Positions 27,990 through 39,259 of a DNA stretch of 49,287 bases are shown piece by piece. Made by a program: the position numbers and the translations under genes. The DNA comes from Desulfobacterales bacterium (GTDB taxonomy: Bacteria > Desulfobacterota > Desulfobacteria > Desulfobacterales > JAOZSB01). The notes under the pieces were generated by a model. That model did not search any database and had not been told where the DNA came from. It saw nothing but the letters and a program-made list of their open reading frames with translations. Within the stretch, counting starts at the first letter, position 1. Every line of letters starts with the position of its first letter. The stretch spans positions 1-49,287 of the forward strand of contig JAOZSB010000001.1 of assembly GCA_029939895.1 (NCBI GenBank), in the 5' to 3' direction.

Positions 27990-29168
27990 ATGTTCAAGAG
28001 AATTAGTATGGTAATGGCCGTTGTTTTTGTTTCCCTGATATTTGCAACCAGCACCATTGCTGCAGATAAAGGGGTCTACAGCTCAGCGCCAATAACCAAA
28101 AAAGGTGGCGGAAAATTCCGCATTGGATTCTATGAGGGTGGACCATACAAGAATTATCCAATGGTTCTCAAGGCAGTTGTCAAAGGATTTATGCAGCTCG
28201 GCTGGATGCCCCAGGTGGAGTTGCCGGTTTATGAAGACAAAGACGACAGCCGTCAGATGTGGGAGTGGCTTTCAGAAAATGCCAACTCACCCAATATTGA
28301 TTTTGTTAAAAAGGCATACTGGTCCTCCAACTGGGAGACAGAGATCAGAACTGCCAACAAAGAAGCATGTATACAATATCTAAAGAAAAAGAATATTGAT
28401 CTTATTATTGCGATGGGAACATGGGCCGGGCAGGATCTTGCCAATAACCAGCACGGTGTCCCTACTATTGTATGCTCATCAACAGGGCCTATCAGTTCTG
28501 GAATTATCAAGAGCATAGAGGATTCCGGCTTTGATCACGTTCATGCCAGACTTGACCCGACAATTCACGAAAGACAAATTAAGCTTTTTCACGATATAAT
28601 CGGTTTTCAGACCCTTGGGGTTGCATATGAGGATACCAAGGCAGGGCGAAGCTATGCTGCTGTCGATGTCCTTGACAGGGTTGCAAAAGACAGGGGTTTT
28701 AAGGTTGTGCGGTGCTTTACAAAGGATGATATTCCCGACAAGGCAGAGGCCGAAGCAAGCGTTGTAAAGTGTTACGAGGAGATAGCCACAAAGGTGGATG
28801 CGGTCTATGTGACCATCCAGAGTGGCGTGAATCCAAATAATATGGAAAAACTGCTTGCCCCTTTGAACAAAAACAAATTGCCTACATTTTCCCAGGGCGG
28901 TTCAGATGAGGTTAAGCTGGGCGTACTCCTGAGTATTGCACAGGCAGAGTTTGTATATGTGGGCAAGTTCCATGCAGAAGTTATGGCAAAAGTTTTTAAC
29001 GGTGCAAAGCCCAGGGATCTGGAGCAGGTTTATGAGGATCCCTCAAAAATCGCTATCAACCTCGCCATAGCTGAGGTTATTGATTACTTCCCTGCGGTTG
29101 ATATTCTTGGTGCGGCAGATGAAATTTATCAGGACCTGCCGGGCGTTGAACCACCGCCAGAGGACTAA
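27990..29168 (+). CDS. Secreted periplasmic-binding-protein-like protein (ABC-type substrate-binding fold, orphan)
   Basis: Signal peptide MFKRISMVMAVVFVSLIFATSTIAA, with a GAGG RBS 5 nt upstream. The ORF could also start at 27966. The body resembles the ABC_sub_bind/type I PBP fold by eye only. Confidence 0.55.
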   Translation: MFKRISMVMAVVFVSLIFATSTIAADKGVYSSAPITKKGGGKFRIGFYEGGPYKNYPMVLKAVVKGFMQLGWMPQVELPVYEDKDDSRQMWEWLSENANSPNIDFVKKAYWSSNWETEIRTANKEACIQYLKKKNIDLIIAMGTWAGQDLANNQHGVPTIVCSSTGPISSGIIKSIEDSGFDHVHARLDPTIHERQIKLFHDIIGFQTLGVAYEDTKAGRSYAAVDVLDRVAKDRGFKVVRCFTKDDIPDKAEAEASVVKCYEEIATKVDAVYVTIQSGVNPNNMEKLLAPLNKNKLPTFSQGGSDEVKLGVLLSIAQAEFVYVGKFHAEVMAKVFNGAKPRDLEQVYEDPSKIAINLAIAEVIDYFPAVDILGAADEIYQDLPGVEPPPED

Positions 29169-29281
29169 GCTGGAATTTATCAGCCTGGAGCTGAATCGAA
29201 TAACCGCAATCTATTTGCTATTTCGTATGGAAGCAATGTAAACGAAAATGGGATTTTGATATAACAGAAAGCTGATAACAC

Positions 29282-30106
29282 ATGACAATTTGGGATGAGA
29301 AGAAGTTAGAGAATTCTACTGGTGCGGATGTTGCAGTTTTTTCAAAGCTCATGAGCGAAATGTACGATCAAAGCTGGTATGGTATACTTGGCAATGATGA
29401 GATAGAATTTTTTTTGAGTTGGGTTCAGGGGAAACGAGCCCTTGAGATTGGTTCTGGCACAGGCCGCATCACCATACCGCTTTTGGAACAGGACATTGAC
29501 ATTTTTGGTGTGGAAGGTGCGCCTGGAATGCTCAAAAAGCTGCATTCCAAGGTTAACGGAGATGCTGATACCCTGCGTTTTATTCTCTGGAACGCCATGA
29601 ATACCCCATATCCTGCTGATGACTGTACCTTTGAGATGGTGATTATTCCCTTTTCAACCTATGGTCTTGTTCACAATAATGTAGAAAATTTAGGCGAAAA
29701 TCGATTACTGGGTGAGATAAGCAGACTCCTTGTTCCGGGGGGTTATCTTGTTATCAATGACTGGCGCGTGGGTGAGTTTGACAGGAGCCTTGTTAACAAA
29801 GAGCAGGAACCCTGGGTTCATGAACATTCCCATCCTGAGCACGGAACAATCATAGAAGAACAATGTTCATTTTTTAAGCTTAATCCCAACAGGATTTTAA
29901 ATCAGCAGATTATCCGTGAGCGAAAAACTACATTGACAAGAAAAAATGACAGCAAAATAATGGAACAGTTTCAGGAGTCTATCCCAATCTGGGATACCCT
30001 TGATTTTCCATTGCTTGGACAGGATGCCGGATTTGAATATGTAAAATGCGATCACTGTCATTTCCACGAATCGCCAAGTGTTCATCATATTTTTAAAAAA
30101 AAGTAA
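29282..30106 (+). CDS. Class I SAM-dependent methyltransferase
   Basis: Motif I ALEIGSGTGRITIPL and post-I/II pattern (IFGVEGAP...LVPGGYLVI). The substrate cannot be inferred. Confidence 0.75.
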   Translation: MTIWDEKKLENSTGADVAVFSKLMSEMYDQSWYGILGNDEIEFFLSWVQGKRALEIGSGTGRITIPLLEQDIDIFGVEGAPGMLKKLHSKVNGDADTLRFILWNAMNTPYPADDCTFEMVIIPFSTYGLVHNNVENLGENRLLGEISRLLVPGGYLVINDWRVGEFDRSLVNKEQEPWVHEHSHPEHGTIIEEQCSFFKLNPNRILNQQIIRERKTTLTRKNDSKIMEQFQESIPIWDTLDFPLLGQDAGFEYVKCDHCHFHESPSVHHIFKKK

Positions 30107-30234
30107 AATCTTTACAAACTGCCATGGGCTGACTATTTATGTGTTTATTTTTTGTCCATTACAAAATATGAAAAGTTGTAGATATTTACGGTCTCTTTCA
30201 TGCAAAAAAAATTAAATAAGAAAAGGTAAAATGG

Positions 30235-31044
30235 ATGCGTATAGTAATCTGTGTTAAACTTGACCTTGAAGGCAGTATTGTTTTAAACAAAATTGTACGT
30301 GAATTATCACATCACGAGCTTTTTATAATTCTTTCCGACAAGGTTATGAAGGCAGAAAGGGAGATCAGGACAGCATCGGAATTCCTTTTTTATGAGCGTG
30401 ATCTACTTGTTGAGCAGCTTTTTCCGATGATGGATCGCCTGCCAACCCCGGAAGATACACCGGGACGACTGTATACACACGCCCAGATTACTGAAAAATT
30501 CAACCTCCCAATTGTTACAGCCGACAATATCAACTCGCCTGAGTGGGAGCAAAAACTCAAGGATTTTGCCCCTGACCTGGTTTTATCGGTACGATACGAT
30601 CTTATTTTTAAGCAGAATATAATAGATATTCCACGGCTCGGAATCTTGAACATTCACCCTGGTAAACTGCCGGAATTCCGTGGTGTTTATGCGCCATTCC
30701 AGGCTATGCTCAATAATGATGACAAGATCGGCGTGACCCTTCACAGGGTTGTGGAGGAAATTGATGCCGGCCCTATTGTCGATATTGTTTACATTGACGT
30801 AGACCCTTCCAAATCGGTGATATGGCATATGTGCCATACATACCCGGCTGGCGTGGATGCGTTTTTGAAGATTCTTCCCTCCCTTGAACAGGGCGGAAAC
30901 CTGGAAACCTATGAGCAGGACCATTCCAAAAAGAAATACTACTCCTTTCCGTCGGAGGACGTATTTTTGGAGTTCCTTTCTCGTGGCAAAAAACTAATTG
31001 ACCCCGATGAATACCTGGACATTGTTTCCAATTACCAGAAATAG
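30235..31044 (+). CDS. Formyltransferase-family protein (Fmt/PurN/ArnA-like N-terminal domain)
   Basis: Catalytic signature ILNIHPGKLPEFRG (Asn/His) and downstream EEIDAGPIV (Asp). 269 aa. Confidence 0.75.
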   Translation: MRIVICVKLDLEGSIVLNKIVRELSHHELFIILSDKVMKAEREIRTASEFLFYERDLLVEQLFPMMDRLPTPEDTPGRLYTHAQITEKFNLPIVTADNINSPEWEQKLKDFAPDLVLSVRYDLIFKQNIIDIPRLGILNIHPGKLPEFRGVYAPFQAMLNNDDKIGVTLHRVVEEIDAGPIVDIVYIDVDPSKSVIWHMCHTYPAGVDAFLKILPSLEQGGNLETYEQDHSKKKYYSFPSEDVFLEFLSRGKKLIDPDEYLDIVSNYQK

Positions 31045-31313
31045 GCGCATTTACAGGCTGTGGTACGTTTGATTATTTTTGTTCGAGTTGTTTTTTTTTT
31101 ATGAAAAAATTTGAATTTTTCTGGGCAAAACAAAAAATTTTTTTTGAGAATATGGAACGAAATTAGCTGTCATGTCAGTTTTGAACTGGGTATTTCAAAA
31201 AAAGGCCTGGCCCTCAAAAAAAAAGTAATTTAAATTATTGTGTGTTCATCCCGGTATTACAGCGCATTGCGTCATAATGATAAAAATTTCGTAATTATGC
31301 GTTGCTTTTTTAA

Positions 31314-31341
31314 TTGACTATTCTTAAATTTCTACTATATA
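31314..31341 (+). promoter_or_regulatory. Candidate mreB promoter (TTGACT-N16-TATATA)
   Basis: Hexamers at 31314-31319 and 31336-31341, 67 nt upstream of the mreB ATG. Confidence 0.4.
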
Positions 31342-31401
31342 TAAACATGTTTGATTTATTATCTAAATTTAATCCAGAAATTGTACAACCTATAAATTTG
31401 A

Positions 31402-32451
<1,050 letters not shown>

Positions 32452-32455
32452 ATAA

Positions 32456-33286
32456 ATGTTCTCCCAGCGAGTCTTAGCCGTAGCGGGCGTGGTGCTTCTT
32501 ATTGCCCTGAGCGGTATAGTTTTGACTATAAACGGTCAGCGTGGTGTGTCCGCAATCGGCAGTGGTGGCGTGGGTCTATCCCTGATTGCCCCCTTTCAGG
32601 AAGGCATAACCGGTGCTGTCCGTAATGCTGAAAATATCTGGATGCATTATTTCAACCTTGTAAACGTTGCAAATAATAACAAAGAGCTTTTACAGGATCT
32701 GGGAGAAGCCAACGAGCGCCTTCACAAACTCAGGGAAGTTGAGTTGTCCAATGAAAGGCTCAAGGAACTTCTAAATTTTAAAAGAACACTTCCTGGTCAT
32801 CTCCTTGCTGCCGAAGTCATCGGCAAAGATCCTTCCCGCTGGTTCAAAGCAATAATAATCGATAAAGGGCGGCTTGACGGTGTTGTAAAAGGTCTGCCCG
32901 TGGTTGTACCAGACGGCATTGTGGGTCAGGTTACAGTTTCTGCAGCCCGGTATTCCAAAGTTTTGTTGATTATGGATCAAAACAGTGCCGTGGATGCTCT
33001 TGTGCAAAGATCCAGGGCCAGGGGTATTGTCAAGGGTGCACTCAGCGGGCATTGCTCCTTTAGTTATGTTCTCAGCAAGCATGATGTGGCCACAGGTGAT
33101 GTTGTGGTCTCTTCCGGTCTGGATGGCGTGTTCCCAAAAGGCTTCAGGATAGGTGAGGTCTTGGAGATCGTCAAGAACCCGGCTGGTATTTTTCAGGAAG
33201 TTCGTGTAACACCTTTTCCAGATTTTAAAAAACTTGAAGAAGTCCTGGTGATACTCAATCCCCGGAGGCACGATTTCGATAAATGA
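32456..33286 (+). CDS. mreC: Rod-shape-determining protein MreC
   Basis: N-terminal TM segment, coiled coil (NKELLQDLGEANERL), and C-terminal beta domains GIVGQV / GVFPKGFRIG. Confidence 0.88.
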   Translation: MFSQRVLAVAGVVLLIALSGIVLTINGQRGVSAIGSGGVGLSLIAPFQEGITGAVRNAENIWMHYFNLVNVANNNKELLQDLGEANERLHKLREVELSNERLKELLNFKRTLPGHLLAAEVIGKDPSRWFKAIIIDKGRLDGVVKGLPVVVPDGIVGQVTVSAARYSKVLLIMDQNSAVDALVQRSRARGIVKGALSGHCSFSYVLSKHDVATGDVVVSSGLDGVFPKGFRIGEVLEIVKNPAGIFQEVRVTPFPDFKKLEEVLVILNPRRHDFDK

Positions 33287-33819
33287 TGACCTTCAGCTTT
33301 TTAGTCAGCATAGGCGTATTTCTCGTAATTTTAAAAACAGCCCTGTTGCCCCTTTCCTCTACGGCAGTGGGAGCCTGCGACCTTCTGGTTCCGTTTATCG
33401 CCTTTCTGGGGCTTTATAGACCCCTGAAAGAAGGGCTTCCAGCGGTAATTTTTCTTGGTATCGTTGTTGACAATCTTTCTGGTGCGCCATTTGGACTTTT
33501 TCTTACGACTTATATCTGGCTGTACGGAGGCTCCCGTTTGATTATCCGGTTTCTCCATGCTGGAAGTCTTTTTATCTTTATCACCGCTGTGGGAGCTGCT
33601 GTATTTATCGAGAATGCTTACCTTGCGGTGTCAGTCAAATTGTTTTTCGGGGGTTACATAGCACTTCAGGTTGGCCTGCAAAAGACAGCAATCGAGACAA
33701 TCTGGGGAGTGCTGCTTGCACCCTTATATCTCGGTGCCCTTCAGTACACGGTAAAAAGATGGGGCGAATGGCTGGAGCAAAGGCAGGTGGTAGTCGATGG
33801 TACTGACCTGAAGACGTGA
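33283..33819 (+). CDS. mreD: Rod-shape-determining protein MreD
   Basis: Polytopic 178-aa membrane protein immediately after mreC (4-nt overlap). Confidence 0.75.
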   Translation: MMTFSFLVSIGVFLVILKTALLPLSSTAVGACDLLVPFIAFLGLYRPLKEGLPAVIFLGIVVDNLSGAPFGLFLTTYIWLYGGSRLIIRFLHAGSLFIFITAVGAAVFIENAYLAVSVKLFFGGYIALQVGLQKTAIETIWGVLLAPLYLGALQYTVKRWGEWLEQRQVVVDGTDLKT

Positions 33820-33917
33820 CAACGGCATTTTTTAAGCACAACGGGGTTTTTCCCCTGGGTTAACGTAATTGAAATAATGCAGATGGTAATTCAACATAAA
33901 CTTATAAAGACGGCAAA

Positions 33918-35765
33918 ATGACCAAGTATCTTGAAACGGTTGACACCGACTGGTATAAGCAGAGGCTCATAGGGGTAACCCTGAGCCTTTTGGCAGCCTT
34001 TGCAATTATCGTTGCCCGTCTTTTTTATCTCCAGATACTCGAAGGGGCAAATTACAGGCTCCTTTCAGATAATAACTGCATCCGCCGCCAACCCATAGCC
34101 CCGACCCGTGGACTGATATACGACAGGCACGGCCACAGACTTGTTGACAATCGTCCATCCTTTGATTTGAGCATAATTATCAAGGACGCAAGCCCCCTTG
34201 AGGTCACAGTCAAGAAACTGGCAAAGCACCTCGGCATCTCCAGTGAGGTTCTGATGGCCAGGCTTTCAAAATACAAGGGGCTTTACACCTACAATCCGGT
34301 ACTCCTGAAGCAGGACATAGGTCGTGATGCCCTTGCAAGGATTGAGGCCCACAGCTTTGATCTTCCGGGCGTTATCGTCAATGTTAAACCGAGACGGAAC
34401 TATATCAATAAAACCAGTGCGGCGCACCTTATGGGTTATCTAAGCGAGATAGGCCAGCGCGAACTTTCAAAGGCAGAATACGAAGACTATAAGCCAGGCG
34501 ATTATATTGGCAAGGTTGGAGTTGAAAAGGAATACGAAAGTTATCTCCGGGGCAGGAAAGGGGACAGACTGGTGGAGGTGAATGTTACTGGTCAGGTGGT
34601 GAAGATCCTCAAGACGATTGATGCCAGCTCTGGCAATAATGTTTATCTGACCCTGGACAGAAACATGCAGCTCAGGGCCGAGGAGCTTCTTGCCGGGGTG
34701 GCTGGTGCTGCTGTGGCTCTGGATGTGAGTAATGGTCACGTTCTTGCCATGGTGAGCAGTCCATCCTTTGACCAGAATTATTTTGTCAGCGGCATGACCT
34801 CGAGCCAGTGGGACTCCATGATCAATAATCCATTTCGGCCCCTGAACAATAAAGCTATACAGGGGGAGTATCCACCCGGTTCAACATACAAAATCATAAC
34901 TGCGGTAGCCGGACTTGACGAAGGCGTAATCGACGGAAACACAACCTATTTTTGCCCTGGCCACCTTACCTTTGGCGACAGAACTTTCCGGTGCTGGAAA
35001 AAGGGAGGACACGGCACAGTTAACGTTGTGGACGCTATTGCCCAGTCCTGTGATGTGTTTTTTTATATTACAGGTCAAAAAATTGGAGTTGATAAACTGG
35101 CATGGTATGCAAAGGCTTTGGGGCTTGGCCGTCAAACTGGTATCAGCCTTGCCCATGAATCAGAAGGGCTGATTCCGACTGCTGCCTGGAAGAAAAAAAG
35201 ATTTGGTGTACCCTGGCGGGGCGGGGAGACCCTTTCCATTGCCATTGGTCAGGGGTATAATCTTACCACACCATTACAGCTTGCCGTGATGACCTCAGCT
35301 GTTGCCAATAACGGTACATGGTACAAACCTGTTATAATCAAGAAGATTGAACCGACCAATGGCGGATCGGTTATCGAGAATGATTCAAAAATCGGCGGGC
35401 GTTATTCATTCAAAAAAGACACTCTTGATCTGGTAAAAAAAGGGCTTTTCAAGGTTGTTCATGGAGCAAGGGGAACTGCGAGAATAGCCAAAATAAAGGG
35501 TGTTCATATTTCCGGCAAGACTGGTACAGCACAGGTGATAGGACACAAGCAGGGCGATACAAAACGGGAATATAAAACCGACCACCACAAACCTCACGCG
35601 CTGTTTGTGGCATACGCCCCATCAGACAATCCAAGGATTGCGGTTTCCGTGATAGTGGAGCATGGTGAACACGGATCAAGTGCTGCCGCACCAATTGCGC
35701 GAGAACTGATTAGAGAATATCTGGCCAGCGAAAAATCAGGCCTGGTTGCGGAATTAAAACCATGA
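33918..35765 (+). CDS. mrdA: Elongation-specific class B PBP (PBP2/MrdA)
   Basis: SxxK PGSTYKII, SxD/N QSCDVFF and KTG GKTGTAQ. Lies between mreD and rodA. Confidence 0.93.
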   Translation: MTKYLETVDTDWYKQRLIGVTLSLLAAFAIIVARLFYLQILEGANYRLLSDNNCIRRQPIAPTRGLIYDRHGHRLVDNRPSFDLSIIIKDASPLEVTVKKLAKHLGISSEVLMARLSKYKGLYTYNPVLLKQDIGRDALARIEAHSFDLPGVIVNVKPRRNYINKTSAAHLMGYLSEIGQRELSKAEYEDYKPGDYIGKVGVEKEYESYLRGRKGDRLVEVNVTGQVVKILKTIDASSGNNVYLTLDRNMQLRAEELLAGVAGAAVALDVSNGHVLAMVSSPSFDQNYFVSGMTSSQWDSMINNPFRPLNNKAIQGEYPPGSTYKIITAVAGLDEGVIDGNTTYFCPGHLTFGDRTFRCWKKGGHGTVNVVDAIAQSCDVFFYITGQKIGVDKLAWYAKALGLGRQTGISLAHESEGLIPTAAWKKKRFGVPWRGGETLSIAIGQGYNLTTPLQLAVMTSAVANNGTWYKPVIIKKIEPTNGGSVIENDSKIGGRYSFKKDTLDLVKKGLFKVVHGARGTARIAKIKGVHISGKTGTAQVIGHKQGDTKREYKTDHHKPHALFVAYAPSDNPRIAVSVIVEHGEHGSSAAAPIARELIREYLASEKSGLVAELKP

Positions 35766-36871
35766 TGTTTGACAGAAGATTAGTAGAATATTTTGACTGG
35801 GGACTCCTGGGCATAACTCTTGTTCTGGGCAGTATTGGTATTGTAACTCTGTACAGTGCTGTTATCCCCGGAACACTCGAAGCCCATAAAATGCTCTATA
35901 TCAAGCAGTTGATCTGGTATTCTGCCGGATTTGTTGTCATGACAGTCTGCTTTGTGTTCAGCTATAGAAACCTGGATCAATGGTCACATATAATTTATGC
36001 CTTTTCCATGATCCTGCTTGTTATGGTTCTTGTGTTCGGGAAGGTCATAAGCGGCTCCCAAAGGTGGCTGGCCCTTGGGCCTATCTCCATTCAGCCGTCG
36101 GAGATTGCAAAAATTGCGGTTATCATAGCCCTGGCAAAATACTATTCAAGACATACCACCAAAAAAGGATTTTCATTAAAAGAGCTTGCAATTCCCTTTT
36201 TCATAACAGCGGTTCCATTCGTGCTCATCGTGCGGGAGCCTGATCTGGGAACTGCTATGCTGGTTGCCCTGATCTCTGGAACAATAACGATGTTTGTGAA
36301 AATCGAAAGAAAATCGAAAATCATTCTCATAGGGGCAGGGTCGGTGACTGTGCTTTTGGGGTGGTTCTTTTTATTAAAGGAATACCAGATAGAGAGGATT
36401 AAAACCTTCCTGAACCCTGACCGCAACCCATTGGGTGCAGGCTATCATATTATTCAGTCAAAGATTGCCATAGGCTCAGGCATGGTTTCAGGCAAAGGTT
36501 TTTTAAAGGGAACCCAGAACGCACTTTCCTTTCTGCCGGAGCAGCATACAGACTTTATTTTTTCCGTTCTGGCGGAGCAATGGGGTTTTGTCGGTTCCAT
36601 GTCCCTTATTTTATTGTTTATGCTGCTGATATTCTGGGGGCTGAACGTGGCCTATGCATCCAGGGACCCCTTTGGTACCATCCTGGCTGTTGGGGTTTCA
36701 GCTATGATTTTCTGGCAGGTTTTTATCAATATTGGAATGGTGATGGGATTGATGCCCGTGGTTGGCGTACCCCTTCCGTTTATCAGCTATGGTGGTTCAT
36801 CGCTGCTGACGGTGATGGCAGGCACTGGGATATTATTGAACGTCAGCATGCGCAGGTTCATGTTTGAATAG
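35762..36871 (+). CDS. rodA: SEDS-family peptidoglycan polymerase RodA
   Basis: QPSEIAKI and PEQHTDFIF motifs. 4-nt overlap with mrdA. Confidence 0.93.
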   Translation: MMFDRRLVEYFDWGLLGITLVLGSIGIVTLYSAVIPGTLEAHKMLYIKQLIWYSAGFVVMTVCFVFSYRNLDQWSHIIYAFSMILLVMVLVFGKVISGSQRWLALGPISIQPSEIAKIAVIIALAKYYSRHTTKKGFSLKELAIPFFITAVPFVLIVREPDLGTAMLVALISGTITMFVKIERKSKIILIGAGSVTVLLGWFFLLKEYQIERIKTFLNPDRNPLGAGYHIIQSKIAIGSGMVSGKGFLKGTQNALSFLPEQHTDFIFSVLAEQWGFVGSMSLILLFMLLIFWGLNVAYASRDPFGTILAVGVSAMIFWQVFINIGMVMGLMPVVGVPLPFISYGGSSLLTVMAGTGILLNVSMRRFMFE

Positions 36872-36994
36872 TATCAACAGCAGCAATATTTTTTTTGGAA
36901 GTAGAATTTTTTTGTTGAGTTCATCAACAATACCGACTAATAAAGAGATTATAAAAATAAAAAATTATGAAAAACTCCGTTTACAGGAGGGGAA

Positions 36995-37411
36995 ATGAAA
37001 AAATCGAGAAAGTCTGAAACCATTACAACCTTTATCGGTTCAGAAGCAAAGATAAGCGGAATAATTGAGTTCCAGGGTTCGATACGGGTTGACGGTGAGA
37101 TTGAAGGCGAAATTCGCAGCAAAAACGGACGGGTGATTATCGGCGAAAACGCAGTAATAAATGCAGATATCAACGTAGATACCGCCATTATAATGGGCAA
37201 GGTTAACGGCACTATCATGGCCGGAGAGAGGATTGAAGTCTATCCCCCCAGCCAGTTGGTAGGCGACATCCGTTCACCAATTATTTCCATTGATGCCGGG
37301 GTCATGTTTAACGGCAAATGTGTGATGGAAACAAAGACTCTTGGGTCAAAAAAGAAGTTGGAAAAAGGAAAGGCACTTTCGCTCATAGATCAGGGAGATG
37401 CACTCTATTAG
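36995..37411 (+). CDS. Bactofilin (DUF583) cytoskeletal protein
   Basis: 138 aa with the repeating beta-helix pattern I.G.I...G.I.V.G.V.G.I. GGAGGGG RBS. Confidence 0.85.
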   Translation: MKKSRKSETITTFIGSEAKISGIIEFQGSIRVDGEIEGEIRSKNGRVIIGENAVINADINVDTAIIMGKVNGTIMAGERIEVYPPSQLVGDIRSPIISIDAGVMFNGKCVMETKTLGSKKKLEKGKALSLIDQGDALY

Positions 37412-37604
37412 CGGATATTTGTAAAACCAGCGCTGCAAGTTTGTCTTCTGCCGGGCGTTGAGAGTGTGTTTGGAGCTTTGAAAACTGTTTAAGAATATAC
37501 AATTTAAGTATGCTGTATCAATAAACTATTTCGCCTGAATCTACTTAAATACACATATGAAATGGGCAAGGGCGAAAAAATGGAGTACTTAAACAAAAAA
37601 ACCT

Positions 37605-37634
37605 TTGACAAAATAATTAAACGGATGGTATAAC
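37605..37634 (+). promoter_or_regulatory. Candidate atp operon promoter (TTGACA-N18-TATAAC)
   Basis: Hexamers at 37605-37610 and 37629-37634, 64 nt upstream of the first b-type subunit gene. Confidence 0.45.
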
Positions 37635-37697
37635 CCCCAATCGTTTTGGAAGTGGTTTGTTTTTTTTGTGCTGTGAATCTTGTTCGGAGGAATATAA

Positions 37698-38123
37698 ATG
37701 ATAGACGTAAATATATCTCTGTTATTTCAAATTGTAAATTTTGTTTTCTTAATCTTTGTGCTTAATATCGTACTTTTTAAGCCCATCCGCAATATCCTTA
37801 CCCAGAGGCAAGATAAGATCAATGGCCTTGAGCAGGGGATAGAAACTTCTATAAGAGATGCTAAAGAAAAGGACGAAGCTTTTGCTGAAGGTATAAAAGC
37901 CGCAAGAGCAGAAGGACTCAAGCAAAAAGAAGCTCTTCTTGGGGAAGCAGAATCTGCAGAAAAGAAAATGATCAACGAGATCAATGAAAAAGCACTCGAA
38001 GAACTTGGTAAGGTAAAAGCCAGGGTTGCTGATGAGGCTGAAAAAGCCAGACAGGAACTCATGAGCGAAATTGATGCCTTTGCCGATGCAATCGGGCAGA
38101 AAATACTCGGGAGGGCTGTTTAA
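37698..38123 (+). CDS. F-type ATP synthase subunit b' (first of two b-family paralogues)
   Basis: 141 aa. N-terminal TM segment LLFQIVNFVFLIFVLNIVLFKPI followed by a long charged helix. Confidence 0.85.
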   Translation: MIDVNISLLFQIVNFVFLIFVLNIVLFKPIRNILTQRQDKINGLEQGIETSIRDAKEKDEAFAEGIKAARAEGLKQKEALLGEAESAEKKMINEINEKALEELGKVKARVADEAEKARQELMSEIDAFADAIGQKILGRAV

Positions 38124-38707
38124 TGTTGTTTACACGTAAAAACGCAAATACAGCCGCTGTTGTATTGCTTACAATTATTTTTATGCTTGTCGCTGGTACT
38201 GTTCTGGCATCCTCCGATGGAGGGACTACTCAACACTGGCAGATGACAGACTGGGCCAGGGTTCTCAATTTTGTTGTGCTGGTTAGTGTTCTTGTTTATC
38301 TTTTAAAAAAGCCGGTAGCCGAAGCACTCGGAGCCAGGATCGAAAACATAAAAGAACAGCTTGCCACTCTTGAGACCCAGAAAGCAGATGCAGAAAAAAG
38401 GCTTGCTGATTACGGTGACCAGCTTTCCAAGCTTGATGCAGAGGCTGGAACAATAATTGAGGAGTACATACGGCAGGGCAACGAAGCCAGGGAAAGAATT
38501 CTGGCCGAGGCTGAAAAAGCAGCAGACAAATTGCAGGAACAGGCGGGCAGGAACATAGAAAATGAATTTAAAAGAGTCAAGGCCGCCTTGCAGGAGGAGA
38601 TCCTTGAAAAGTCCCTTACAAAGGCAGAGGAACTTATAAAGGACAAGATCACCAATGACGACCAGGAAAAACTGGTTGATGAATACTTAACGAAAGTGGT
38701 GGGATAA
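38123..38707 (+). CDS. atpF: F-type ATP synthase subunit b (with an extra N-terminal hydrophobic segment)
   Basis: 194 aa. A signal/TM-like segment (AAVVLLTIIFMLVAGTVLA), then the canonical b TM (LNFVVLVSVLVYLLKKPV) and a charged helix. Confidence 0.85.
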   Translation: MLFTRKNANTAAVVLLTIIFMLVAGTVLASSDGGTTQHWQMTDWARVLNFVVLVSVLVYLLKKPVAEALGARIENIKEQLATLETQKADAEKRLADYGDQLSKLDAEAGTIIEEYIRQGNEARERILAEAEKAADKLQEQAGRNIENEFKRVKAALQEEILEKSLTKAEELIKDKITNDDQEKLVDEYLTKVVG

Positions 38708-39259
38708 ATGAAAAATTTGGCGATAGCGAGGCGATACGCTAAAGCACTCATCCTCATTGGTAAAGAGGACGGCAACACAGAGAGTTACAGAGAAGAGCTT
38801 GAGCAGATTGCCGGGCTCATCAAAGAAAAAAAAGAGCTGGAGCAAGCGATAACCAATCCCCTTTACAATGCGGACGAAAGAAGGAAGGTATTGGATATGG
38901 TTATTGAAAAACTTGGGTTCTCTAAGGTTATGGTGTCTTTTCTTGTTTTACTTTTTGAAAAGGGACGTTTTGGATTTTTAGACAGCATCAGCGAGAATTA
39001 TCAGAAAATGGCTGATGAGCTTAAAGGAATTGCACGGGCTGATCTTGTTTCAGCTTCCGAGCTTTCAGATGACGCTGTTGAGAAAATCCGTGAAGCCCTT
39101 TCAAAGAAAACCGGAAAGGAAATTGTTCTTGAGGTCGGACAGGACCCCAGTCTTATTGGGGGGATTGTAACACGCATTGGCGATCTCGTGTGGGACGGTA
39201 GCATAAAAACACAATTACTCAACATGAGAGAATCTTTAAAAAGGAGTGAGAGTGTCTAA
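38708..39259 (+). CDS. atpH: F-type ATP synthase subunit delta (OSCP)
   Basis: 183 aa. N-terminus [10 protein letters not shown] and C-terminus [13 protein letters not shown] are typical of OSCP/delta. Confidence 0.92.
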   Translation: MKNLAIARRYAKALILIGKEDGNTESYREELEQIAGLIKEKKELEQAITNPLYNADERRKVLDMVIEKLGFSKVMVSFLVLLFEKGRFGFLDSISENYQKMADELKGIARADLVSASELSDDAVEKIREALSKKTGKEIVLEVGQDPSLIGGIVTRIGDLVWDGSIKTQLLNMRESLKRSESV

